A DNA stretch of 64,000 bases, taken from positions 18,204 through 82,203 of the forward strand of contig JAEUJZ010000141.1 in assembly GCA_016794505.1 (NCBI GenBank). Direction: 5' to 3'. The notes under the pieces are model-generated. The model worked only from the letters and a program-made list of their open reading frames with translations. It was not told the origin of the DNA and did not search any database. Origin of the DNA: Myxococcales bacterium (GTDB lineage: Bacteria; Myxococcota_A; Polyangia; Palsa-1104; JAEUJZ01). Shown here piece by piece: positions 56,097-64,000 of this stretch; the stretch's first letter is position 1, and every line of letters begins with the position of its first letter. Position numbers and translations under genes: made by a program.

Positions 56097-57618
56097 CTGG
56101 ATTAAGGAGCTGAAGTTTTTTGGTACGCGGCTCGGTGGGCTGCGATCCCGTCCGCGCTGGGGCAGGCAGCTTTCGTCGAGGCCTCAGCAGCAGCGATTCC
56201 GATGTCTGCAGGGGCCGCGCCATCGCCGCGCGGTTTGCATCGTGAGCAGCCGCATCGGCTCCAGAGTGCCCGCGTGTTTCTGTGGATGACTGCGGCAGTA
56301 CCGCGTTCCTGGCCGGCGGGTTCCCTGACTGTTCGCGAAATCCAGCGGTCCCCAGCTGCTCGATCCGTGAAGCGTCGTTGCGTGGAAACGGACTCTCACC
56401 CACAACGCGATCGTCCTGCGACTTGGGTCGTAGCGTCGGCGAACCCGCTAGAACGGCATACGCGCCCAAAGCGCCCACAAGAAGCATCCCGAGCAACGCA
56501 AACCCCCCTGCGCGAAGGACCCATGCGCGGCGCGTGTCTACTCGATCCGCTTGCACGGGCGCTTGCGTCGTGGGGGGACCGACATTCGCAAGCGGGCTCT
56601 TTTCCCGCAGCGCAGAAGCCATGCCCATTCCCACCCGCTGGCCGCGCGCTGCCAGTCGATGGTCGGGAAGACCGCCAAGCTCCTCGGCGATGTCGCGCAG
56701 CGAATCGACAACATCTTGCAAACCAGGCCGCTTGTCTGGCGATTTGGCAAGCATCGCAGCGACAAGCTGGGAAAGCCGAATGGGTACGTCCTTGCGCAGC
56801 GCCGACAGCCAGGGAGGCGTTTCGTACTGATGCATGGCCAAGACACGGCCGGCTGCTTTGTCAACAAAGGGGGGGCGGCCCGCCAGCAGATGAAACAGAA
56901 CGGCTCCAAAGGAATAGACATCGCTGCGATGATCGACGGTGGTATCGCCCGCACACTGCTCAGGCGACATATAGTCGGGCGTCCCAAGTACCGAGTCCGG
57001 TGGGGTCTTGTGACTCGAACCAAGTGCCGGGTTGAGTACCTTGGCGATCCCAAAGTCGATGAGCTTCAGTCGCTCGCCACGCGGCATCTGGGGGTCGCAG
57101 ACCATCATCAGGTTGCTGGGCTTCAAGTCGCGATGCACAACGCCACGTTGGTGAGCAGCAGATAGGATCTCAGCAAGCTGAATTCCCACGGAGACCGTAT
57201 CGCCGAGCGGCAGCATTCCCTCGTTGCGGAGGAGGCGAGCGGCAATGGTCTCCCCCCGCAGAAGATCCATGACCAAGTAGAGCTGGCCCGTTGGCAGGCG
57301 ACCGACCTCTGAGATCTGCACGAGCCCTGGATGGGCAACGCGGTTGGTCACTCGCGCTTCCTGTTGCAGTCGGGCCTGAGCATCCTTTCGCACTGCCAGC
57401 TCGGCGTGCAAGACCTTGATTGCGACCCAGCGCTCGATATCCGGCTGCAGGCCTTCGTACACGGTCCCCATTCCGCCATCGCCGAGCACTCCCACAATCT
57501 GGTACCGCCCGATCTCAGTCAGCGCCCCGGAACGCTCGGCAGCGTCGGCATGTGTTGCCGCATCGGCTCCTGCCTTTTCGGAATGCGGGCCATTGCTGCT
57601 GCCTACTTCGGCAGACAT
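56065..57618 (-). CDS. Ser/Thr protein kinase with one TM segment and a short extracytoplasmic tail
   Basis: Contains GDGGMGTVYEG, VAIKVL, HRDLKPSNLMM, DFGIAK and GTPDYMSPEQ. The TM segment is GGFALLGMLLVGALGAYAVLAG. Its start overlaps the stop region of the upstream activator gene by 16 nt. Confidence 0.9.
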   Translation of the reverse strand: MSAEVGSSNGPHSEKAGADAATHADAAERSGALTEIGRYQIVGVLGDGGMGTVYEGLQPDIERWVAIKVLHAELAVRKDAQARLQQEARVTNRVAHPGLVQISEVGRLPTGQLYLVMDLLRGETIAARLLRNEGMLPLGDTVSVGIQLAEILSAAHQRGVVHRDLKPSNLMMVCDPQMPRGERLKLIDFGIAKVLNPALGSSHKTPPDSVLGTPDYMSPEQCAGDTTVDHRSDVYSFGAVLFHLLAGRPPFVDKAAGRVLAMHQYETPPWLSALRKDVPIRLSQLVAAMLAKSPDKRPGLQDVVDSLRDIAEELGGLPDHRLAARGQRVGMGMASALREKSPLANVGPPTTQAPVQADRVDTRRAWVLRAGGFALLGMLLVGALGAYAVLAGSPTLRPKSQDDRVVGESPFPRNDASRIEQLGTAGFREQSGNPPARNAVLPQSSTETRGHSGADAAAHDANRAAMARPLQTSESLLLRPRRKLPAPARTGSQPTEPRTKKLQLLNPDDPESPILPY

Positions 57619-58976
57619 GCACTGCGCTCCAGCTTGTAGTGATCCATCCAGCGTCGGACCTGCCGCGGCGATCGCAGCACTTCCGCGGCAACACGCGCAA
57701 CCACGCCGGCATGCTTCCGCAGCAGCGACTCCAGGGCCGTGCGCGAAATGGGAGGCTCAGGGCCCGCGTCGCTTCGTTCGTGCAAGGGGCCCGTCGTGCT
57801 AGACCACGCTCCGCGTCCTGGCGTCTGAGCGGAAGGCGGCGGCAGGCGCAGCACGGGCTCGACGTGAAACGCATCAAGCAGTGCTTCTTCGCAGCAGTGG
57901 GACTGCAAGAAGCGACCGAGCTTCTGCACGTCCCGAATATTGTGCGGCCAAGAGTGCAGAAGCAGTGCCTCGGCCAGCCGACCGCTCAGACGGGAATGAC
58001 GCGGCAGATAGGGAAATAGGAGCAACAGAACATCGTCCCGCCGCTCGCGCAGTGGGGGCAGGGTCAAACGGAACGAATCGAGTCGAGCCAGCAGATCCGG
58101 CCGAAAGGTGCCCGCTCGTTCTTCGGTGTCTACATCGCGGTTGGTCGCTGCGATGATCCGCGCCTGATAGGGTTTCGCCGATGTCGAGCCAACGGGCGTC
58201 ACGACACGCTCGCTCAGCGCTCTTAGGAGCTTCGCTTGCACAGGCAGCGAGAGCTCGCCGAGCTCGTCGAGAAACAGAGTGCCCTTCCCGGCCGCAGCAA
58301 AGAAGCCTTCGTGGGCACGGCTGGCTCCGGTATAGGCGCCCTGGCGATGACCGAACAGCGAGCTGTCGGCCAGCTCGCTGGTGAGCGTCGCGCAGTTGAC
58401 TGAAACCAAGGGACCGCCGCGACCACTTTGGGAATGGATGTACCGACAGAGGATCTCTTTGCCCGTTCCTGTTTCCCCAAGAAGCAAGATGGGATCCTCA
58501 CCCCGCGCAATGACATCGGCCAGCGCCAGGACACGGTGCATGGCAGGCGACTCTAGGACCATGCCATCGGGCGACTGGCGCAGTACGTGATCGCGGTCGA
58601 CGTTTTGACGGAACACAAAAATGGAATCCCCAGTCCGAAGGAGATCGCCATCGTGGAGGCGCTCTTCTTGGATGCGGAGGCCGTTCAGCCACGTCCCATG
58701 ACGACTGCCTTCATCGCGGACCATGACATCGTCGCCCCGCACAGTCACTGTCGCGTGCGTTCGTGAGGCACAAGGATCATCGCCGAGCCAGATCGCGCCT
58801 TGCGAATCGGTCTCGGGTGCTCGCCCGATGTAGCGCGTACCATCCCCAAGCCAATAGGAACGCGTGGGTGTCTGGATCCGCGTTGAGAACACGAGCTTGA
58901 GCAGGGCTGCTCCCTTGGATGCAGAGACTGCTTTCTCTAGAGATGCCGTCGTCCTCGCCACTCTGGACAGCAACAT
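57603..58976 (-). CDS. Sigma-54-dependent transcriptional activator (bacterial enhancer-binding protein) with an N-terminal FHA domain
   Basis: FHA-like region: YWLGDGTRYIGRAP...ASRTHATVTVRGDDVMVRDEGSRHGTWLNG...L.DGDLLRTGDSIFVF. AAA+ sigma-54 interaction domain: ILLLGETGTGKE (Walker A), GAYTGA (GAFTGA-loop variant), GTLFLDELGEL (Walker B), RLTLPPLRERRDD. C-terminal HTH: AAEVLRSPRQVRRWM. Confidence 0.88.
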   Translation of the reverse strand: MLLSRVARTTASLEKAVSASKGAALLKLVFSTRIQTPTRSYWLGDGTRYIGRAPETDSQGAIWLGDDPCASRTHATVTVRGDDVMVRDEGSRHGTWLNGLRIQEERLHDGDLLRTGDSIFVFRQNVDRDHVLRQSPDGMVLESPAMHRVLALADVIARGEDPILLLGETGTGKEILCRYIHSQSGRGGPLVSVNCATLTSELADSSLFGHRQGAYTGASRAHEGFFAAAGKGTLFLDELGELSLPVQAKLLRALSERVVTPVGSTSAKPYQARIIAATNRDVDTEERAGTFRPDLLARLDSFRLTLPPLRERRDDVLLLLFPYLPRHSRLSGRLAEALLLHSWPHNIRDVQKLGRFLQSHCCEEALLDAFHVEPVLRLPPPSAQTPGRGAWSSTTGPLHERSDAGPEPPISRTALESLLRKHAGVVARVAAEVLRSPRQVRRWMDHYKLERSACLPK

Positions 58977-59046
58977 ACTCCGCTACACAAGAGCCGCGCA
59001 ATGGCTGACGCGCCGACGGAAAACAGCGGATCGCAGATCGATGCTC

Positions 59047-59116
59047 GGCCTGATCGGGCGGCCTGATCGGGCCGCCTGCTTGAACGACCACGCTAGACGG
59101 GCGGCACGGGCGGCAC
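59047..59116. repeat. Tandem direct repeats in the divergent intergenic region (candidate activator binding sites)
   Basis: GGCCTGATCGGGC occurs twice with no gap (59047-59059 and 59060-59072). GGGCGGCAC occurs twice in tandem (59099-59107 and 59108-59116), followed by the degenerate copy GGACGGCGG. Confidence 0.7.
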
Positions 59117-59355
59117 GGACGGCGGCCCGCTTGGTCCCCTGCCACGGCTGCGAGCGCTCGTGAGCCGCAGCACAACCAGCAGGCTCTGTGCATCGCCCCG
59201 GCGCGCTGCAGCGATGGCGCGCACGGGTCAAGAGGACCACCGCTCCACCATCCCCGTCTTTGGCCTTCTGCCGAGCGTGTGAACGCCGCCCAGCCAGCCC
59301 CATCCCGTCGACTGCGATTCCGGGTCCGCGGAGCCGATTCGGTGGCGCATCTCGG

Positions 59356-59371
59356 TGGCACCGAGGTTGCA
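59356..59371 (+). promoter_or_regulatory. Sigma-54 (-24/-12) promoter
   Basis: TGGCAC-CGAGG-TTGCA matches the TGGCAC-N5-TTGCW consensus at every specified position. It lies 72 nt upstream of the ATG at 59443 and 380 nt from the divergent sigma-54 activator gene. Confidence 0.7.
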
Positions 59372-59442
59372 CAGTACCGACCGGGGGGATGGATAGACCC
59401 TCGTCTTCTAGGGGCCTTGGGCCCATGCAAAGAGAGATGTAG

Positions 59443-60816
59443 ATGACCCACGATCCAGGCAAGCCATCTGATCCGCAGACTCCGTCTGCAAGCGCTGTAC
59501 GTCACGATGTTGAGGTGCTTTCCGAGCTGCGCACGCTGCGCAGAAGCCTGCGGGCAGGCCTTGAGCTGAATGCCAAAGAACACGCGAGCACGGGCGCGCG
59601 AATCGAGCAGAGCGTCAAGGACAGTGCAGGTGCAGTGGCTCGCCTTGAGCAGAGCATCAAAGAGACGGCCGGCGTCACCGCACGCATCGAGCAGAGCACT
59701 CGGGACACAGCCGCTAGCATCGCCCGCGCTGAACAGAGCGCCAAGGAGGCAGCGAGCGCGGTCTCTCGCCTGGCACAGAACGCGGACGAAGCCACAGGCG
59801 GCATCGATCGGCTGGAGCAGAGCACGCGGGACATCGGATCCGCACTTCAGCAGACCGTCCTCGCCGTCACCCGCGTCGAGACCAGCGCTCAAGCCCGGCA
59901 CGAGACGCTCGCTGCCCTGCGCGAGACGCTTGGACACTTCAAAGGAAGCACCGCGGCTTCGCTGTCCAAGATTGAATCGCACGTCACGGATGTGTTACCC
60001 GCTCAGCTAGACAAAAACACACAAGAGATTCGCACATTTCGACAAGAGGTCTCTAACACAAGCGATCGGGTAGCAACCAGCATACAAGGCAGCGAAGCGC
60101 GGATTCTGCAGAAGCTGCAAGAGCAAGTCGCGGAAGCAACGTCAAAAATCAGCGAAGAGACCAAAAAGCACATTGAGGAGAAAGCCGCAAAGAATGCAGC
60201 CTTAAACGAAGAGACAATTCGCAAACTAAAGGAGGAGATTAGGATTCTGCGGCAAAAACTCAGAGATGCACGCCAGAAGCTCGACGAGAAAAATGGAATG
60301 GCGGCTCCGATAGTTGATATGAATGATGCCGATAGCCATGCATTGACAATTGAGAATTTATTGGATAGCAAAGTATCGTTCAACTCATCTGGCGTCGAAT
60401 TTCAAGGCCATCCACGAGCCTTTCGTCACATGATTTCATCTGTTATTATTGCAATATATTGGTTGAGTCCCGTTCTGGCGATTGGAGCATTGGCATATGG
60501 TGGATATGCTATTTATGAACGATTAGTGGTGCAGAATATCAATCGTTCTTTAGAGGAACACTCAAAACAAAAATCAGCCATCCAGGCGAAACTTGAAGAA
60601 TGCCAAGAGGGATTGCTCAACGAAAAGATAAGCACGAATAAAGCCCGAGCAGAGCTGGGGCAGTGTCAGGCCCTGCTGAAAGAGGCGCTGCATCCCAAGC
60701 CCATTCCCAAGCCCATTCTCAGGTCGCGGCCGAACCCAGCCCCGCCGGGCGCGTATTCCATCGAGGGGACCGTGCGCGTCGCCCCCCTCCCGACCCCGAC
60801 AGCAGCGACAAAGTGA
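59443..60816 (+). CDS. Coiled-coil membrane protein with six tandem 14-aa repeats, one TM segment and a Pro-rich tail (hypothetical)
   Basis: 457 aa. The repeats are ARIEQSVKDSAGAV / ARLEQSIKETAGVT / ARIEQSTRDTAASI / ARAEQSAKEAASAV / SRLAQNADEATGGI / DRLEQSTRDIGSAL. A K/E-rich coiled coil follows. The TM segment is MISSVIIAIYWLSPVLAIGALAYGGYAIY. A second coiled coil comes next, then the PKPIPKPILRSRPNPAPP tail. Confidence 0.7.
   Translation: MTHDPGKPSDPQTPSASAVRHDVEVLSELRTLRRSLRAGLELNAKEHASTGARIEQSVKDSAGAVARLEQSIKETAGVTARIEQSTRDTAASIARAEQSAKEAASAVSRLAQNADEATGGIDRLEQSTRDIGSALQQTVLAVTRVETSAQARHETLAALRETLGHFKGSTAASLSKIESHVTDVLPAQLDKNTQEIRTFRQEVSNTSDRVATSIQGSEARILQKLQEQVAEATSKISEETKKHIEEKAAKNAALNEETIRKLKEEIRILRQKLRDARQKLDEKNGMAAPIVDMNDADSHALTIENLLDSKVSFNSSGVEFQGHPRAFRHMISSVIIAIYWLSPVLAIGALAYGGYAIYERLVVQNINRSLEEHSKQKSAIQAKLEECQEGLLNEKISTNKARAELGQCQALLKEALHPKPIPKPILRSRPNPAPPGAYSIEGTVRVAPLPTPTAATK
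59596..59847 (+). repeat. Six tandem 42-nt (14-codon) repeats inside the coiled-coil gene
   Basis: Each unit starts with the conserved (A/S/D)R(I/L/A)(E/A)Q(S/N) codons. The units are in frame and contiguous from 59596. Confidence 0.8.
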
Positions 60817-61349
60817 AGCGCGCAATGGACGCTCTGAGCGCTCACCGTTGATCCAGCGGTTGTCATCCGACGGCAGCGAGGCGGCGGCGGCGATCTGGCG
60901 CAGCTGCCCGTCTTTCGACTCGCAGCCGCTATCCCATCTGCCGCCGACAGCCTGCAAGTGGGCATCGCCGATGACGAACCCGTCCAGCGTTTTTTTCGCT
61001 GCGACGGGGGTTTGGTTGATTCCGCGACCCAAGCAAGTGGATGCCTGCTACGCAAATAGGTAGGCCACTAAACTCCAATGGAAGGCAGAGAGGGGGGAAT
61101 GTCCGGGGGGCGACGGATAGAGTGGCCGGCACAGACGTTCCGGGGCGATCAGCTTGACATTACCGTAGGAGGATGCTGAGTGCGCGGAAGCGAGTCGCTG
61201 CTCATTCGCTGGGTGATGGCGGGTGCCCGAGGATCCCGAGCACCTTGTAGTCGCGCACCCAGACCAACAGGACTCCGTCGAGCTGACCAGATGTCCGTTT
61301 GCCAGGATCCCTTTGCGGCGCTGCGTGCAAGGCCCCAGAGCGAGCAGCC

Positions 61350-62315
61350 CTACAAGCTGCTTTCGTGGAGGCCTAAGGGGGCGCTGCTTCGAGCGGTGGC
61401 CAGGAATTCGTCGGCGTTCTTCCAATCGGTATGCACAAGCCGGATTCGTTCCCCCATCAGAACCTTGAGCTCCCCGACCAGACGAGCCGCCATGGACAGC
61501 GTGAATGCGCGGGCAACGAGCTCACCAGGGCGTACAAGAACGTGCCCGAGTACCTGCCTGCCCTTGCGACCACTCCAGTGCCCCTTGGGGTACTCACGGG
61601 TCCAGTCGTAGCTCTCCCCTTCCCCGTCCGTATTCTGAAAACGGAATGCGGGCGCTGCGCTGCGGAGGTGCTCTCCCGCCAAATGCTCTAGGGCGAAGGT
61701 CATCGTCGTCGGGAGCATGCGCTCTCGGCCTTCTGGCATGTCCTCCGGCTCGGGATTTTCAAGAAGCGCGTGCAACAGCTCCGGCGGGGTCAACCCTCCG
61801 GCTCCGGTCAGTCGCGCCAGCCACTGCGCTCTGCCTCCTTCCGGTCGGGGCATCAGGGCAAGAAATTGTTCGGTTTGCCCCGGCGGCCAGGACGCGCCGC
61901 TCTGTTCGGCAAACGCCCAGGCCCCATAGACATACTCTGCGGCCAGCTCGACGGGCCCTTCCTCATACGGGGGAACCAACCCCTGCGCGCCCGTTAGTAG
62001 CTTCGTCGCAGCAGTCAGAGAGTCCACGTCCCGCCCGAGCATGGAGCTGATCCCCTGCTGCGACAGGTTGAGCACAAAGAAACTGGCGGCGGCCTGCCCG
62101 TTTGGTCCCACGCGGATCACGCCCGCGGTGCCATAGCCGGAGGCCTGCCATGCGTCGCGCAGAGGGACATAGGCTCTAGCCACGGGCCAGCTCGCTCGGT
62201 CGGGAGCAAGGCGCTGTCCGGGATCCACACTGCTGAAGAACCCTTGGCGATGCGGCCACTTTCGCGACAGCTTGCGCGCCTCCTTCATTCTTTGTTGTTT
62301 TCCCATGTCTGTCAT
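61350..62315 (-). CDS. Hypothetical protein (321 aa)
   Basis: ATG-initiated ORF with good GC3, 87 nt downstream of the preceding minus-strand gene. I recognise no family with confidence. Confidence 0.55.
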   Translation of the reverse strand: MTDMGKQQRMKEARKLSRKWPHRQGFFSSVDPGQRLAPDRASWPVARAYVPLRDAWQASGYGTAGVIRVGPNGQAAASFFVLNLSQQGISSMLGRDVDSLTAATKLLTGAQGLVPPYEEGPVELAAEYVYGAWAFAEQSGASWPPGQTEQFLALMPRPEGGRAQWLARLTGAGGLTPPELLHALLENPEPEDMPEGRERMLPTTMTFALEHLAGEHLRSAAPAFRFQNTDGEGESYDWTREYPKGHWSGRKGRQVLGHVLVRPGELVARAFTLSMAARLVGELKVLMGERIRLVHTDWKNADEFLATARSSAPLGLHESSL

Positions 62316-62402
62316 CCTGTCCGTACATAGCGTCCAGACTTATCGGGTGATGGTTTCCTCGTGGAAGATTGCTTCCAGAGTCGGAGATCGCGTCCAGAAC
62401 AG

Positions 62403-63980
62403 CTAAGGCAGGAAGCCGAAGTCCTGCGCTTGTAGCCGGTCCAAGTCGGCGAGGAAGCGCGCTCGATCACAAGGTTGCTGCTGCTTCACGGTTTCGAAGA
62501 GTGAGCCCGCGACTGCCGAGCCCAGGGCATGCAGCGCCGCATGACGCGAGAGTCCCTGATTCATCAAGCGCCGCAGCGTCCTTTTGACCTCCGCGGGTTC
62601 GCCTGCGGCGAGCTGGTTTTCAACGACCAGATGGAGCAGCGCATGGAAGCGGCGATTGGGCATGGCGGGGTGGCCGGCTGCAGCGTGACGGTGAGCCCCC
62701 TCGATCGCGGCCAGTCGTTCACTCTCGTCCAGGCTCAGCCAGGTGGCCGGGTCTGGGGCGTGCTCGGCGTCATACCGTCCATCCGCCGCACCGACTAGAT
62801 CGAGCTGCTCTCGAACGCTTGTGAAGTCCATGGCTTCACCGCCCGGCATGGCTAGCGTGCTCTTCTCGATCTCGTACAGCAGCTGTTCTACGTGCCGCCT
62901 GCCGGCCTGGGTCTTTACGGCCTGCCGTGGCGTCTTCCCTGAAAGCGCCGGCAGCGGGGTGTCCGGCCACTTGGCATAGTAGCCGCGCAGGGCTTCAGCC
63001 ATCACCGCCTCTTCTGCTTGGGTGGGCGGGGTGGGTCTGCGGTGCGCCTCCCCTGAGGTTTCGGCCATGGCCTGGACGGGATCCTTGATCGTGTCCATCA
63101 GGTGCAGCACGAGTCCGGGCAAGCGAGTCTTGAGCATCTGCGTGCCGCGCTCCAAACGTTCGCGTGAGAGGGTTTCCAGAAGCAGCCCGCCTGGCTGCAG
63201 GGTGATCTGCCCGAGCACCGTTTTCCCGATGGCTGCTTGTCCCGTGCCGCCGAGCCAGACCAGGCCGTCGCCCCTGCTCTCGATATCCTGGTGCGTGCTC
63301 AGCTGGCGGCGCACCGACTCTTCCCCTTTGGCGAGGACACGGAAGTGGGCCTTGCAGAGGACGAGCTCCTGGCCATCGGTGGTTGCGAGCTGCGGCGGGG
63401 GCGTGGCCGCGACGGCCGCTTGCAGGGCGTGCAGGATGACGCCGGTATGGGGGTTTAGAAGCTGGGTCGCAGGCAGGTCGGGATGCTCCTGTTTGGACTC
63501 CTCCCGTACGCGGCGCAGGACCGAGAGCATGTGATCCTGATGCGGCGCCGGCACCTGAAGGGCTGCGCCAGTCATCTCCACGTGATCGTACAGCTCGACG
63601 AGCCAGCCGCAGACGACATCGCCGCGTCGCAGCCCGAAGCTGGCCGAGATCTCACGTACCTGGACCCGCCCAGCGTGATCGTCAAGGAGGTCAAGAAGCT
63701 CCAGGCCCACTCCTGGATGAACGGCCTCCACGGACCACAGGGACAGCCGTGCCTGCTTCAGGCAGGCCAGCGCTGCGGTCTCGGCGGGCGCAAGGTCACG
63801 TCCGTGTCGCAGCAGGAAGTGATCCAGGATGCGCTGGCCCTGCGCATCGCGGTAGCCGTAGCAGACATGGGCCACCGCCATCGGCTCTACCCAGCTCTCT
63901 TGGGGAAGCGTTCCGAGGGCACGCACGGCCGTCTCAAGAAGCGGTCGCTGTTGCTCCATATAGCGCACTAGCTTCTGCAT
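62403..63980 (-). CDS. Hypothetical protein with a DUF2384-like (Xre/MbcA/ParS C-terminal type) motif and a C-terminal DUF1841-like domain
   Basis: The central block WPDTPLPALSGKTPRQAVKTQAGRRHVEQLLYEIE resembles the W...P.LGG.TP......G...V..LL..IE motif of DUF2384. The C-terminal block FHALLHLVVENQLAAGEPAEVKRTLRRLMNQGLSRHAALHALGSAVAGSLFE resembles DUF1841 (H...VENQLA...P..V...L.RL...G..RH.A.HA). The ATG at 63980 is 20 nt from the window edge. Confidence 0.6.
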   Translation of the reverse strand: MQKLVRYMEQQRPLLETAVRALGTLPQESWVEPMAVAHVCYGYRDAQGQRILDHFLLRHGRDLAPAETAALACLKQARLSLWSVEAVHPGVGLELLDLLDDHAGRVQVREISASFGLRRGDVVCGWLVELYDHVEMTGAALQVPAPHQDHMLSVLRRVREESKQEHPDLPATQLLNPHTGVILHALQAAVAATPPPQLATTDGQELVLCKAHFRVLAKGEESVRRQLSTHQDIESRGDGLVWLGGTGQAAIGKTVLGQITLQPGGLLLETLSRERLERGTQMLKTRLPGLVLHLMDTIKDPVQAMAETSGEAHRRPTPPTQAEEAVMAEALRGYYAKWPDTPLPALSGKTPRQAVKTQAGRRHVEQLLYEIEKSTLAMPGGEAMDFTSVREQLDLVGAADGRYDAEHAPDPATWLSLDESERLAAIEGAHRHAAAGHPAMPNRRFHALLHLVVENQLAAGEPAEVKRTLRRLMNQGLSRHAALHALGSAVAGSLFETVKQQQPCDRARFLADLDRLQAQDFGFLP

Positions 63981-64000
63981 GGCTGCCAGAAAGCTGTCGT

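Noticed and set aside
58777-59982. 401-aa minus-strand ORF spanning the divergent intergenic region
   Set aside because: It overlaps both the activator 5' end and the coiled-coil gene and has no motifs. It would also bury the sigma-54 promoter and the tandem repeats inside a CDS.
60830-61032. Minus-strand ORF piece with good GC3 (…INQTPVAAKKTLDGFVIGDAHLQAVGGRWDSGCESKDGQLRQIAAAASLPSDDNRWING…)
   Set aside because: It looks coding for about 65 codons but has only a TTG start. It has no stop before running antisense into the coiled-coil gene, and I recognise no family. It may be a gene remnant, but the evidence is too thin to call a feature.

Overview
The window is visibly GC-rich (about two-thirds G+C by eye) and looks like bacterial chromosome. 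The gene content resembles a myxobacterium (Myxococcota): four eukaryotic-like Ser/Thr kinase genes carrying five kinase domains, an FHA-domain sigma-54 activator, an MJ0042-type zinc-ribbon protein and many predicted lipoproteins. This taxon call is an inference from gene content only.

I support about 45 CDS.
- Housekeeping genes: radC, dacB, tatB, tatC, ribF, sthA, gor and kup.
- Glycogen-type enzymes: a DUF4912 + GH57 pair and a GH13 enzyme.
- A boxC-boxB pair from the aerobic benzoyl-CoA pathway.

I found no rRNA, tRNA, CRISPR array or intact transposase.

The items most worth a second look are:
1. 30.4-36.0 kb: a tightly packed three-gene unit. It encodes a cytoplasmic protein with two cNMP-binding domains fused to a four-cluster ferredoxin, a membrane protein with two H-x13-H helices, and a membrane-anchored cytochrome with 12 CxxCH motifs and a peroxidase-like tail.
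2. 52.7-60.8 kb: a signalling module. An FHA/sigma-54 activator, a Ser/Thr kinase, a membrane protein and a 16-repeat Cys-pair propeller lipoprotein sit on one strand. Divergent from them is a perfect TGGCAC-N5-TTGCA promoter in front of a repeat-containing coiled-coil membrane protein.
3. 20.9-24.8 kb: kup is followed by a truncated KdpD-like kinase and kdpE. The kinase is split by a frameshift at a 5-bp tandem duplication.
4. 38.4-39.9 kb: an unrecognisable, lower-GC gene bracketed by AT-rich, palindrome-bearing spacers.
5. 49.4-52.8 kb: a gene-poor patch that looks decayed.

All family assignments come from reading the translations and recalling motifs. No database search was run.
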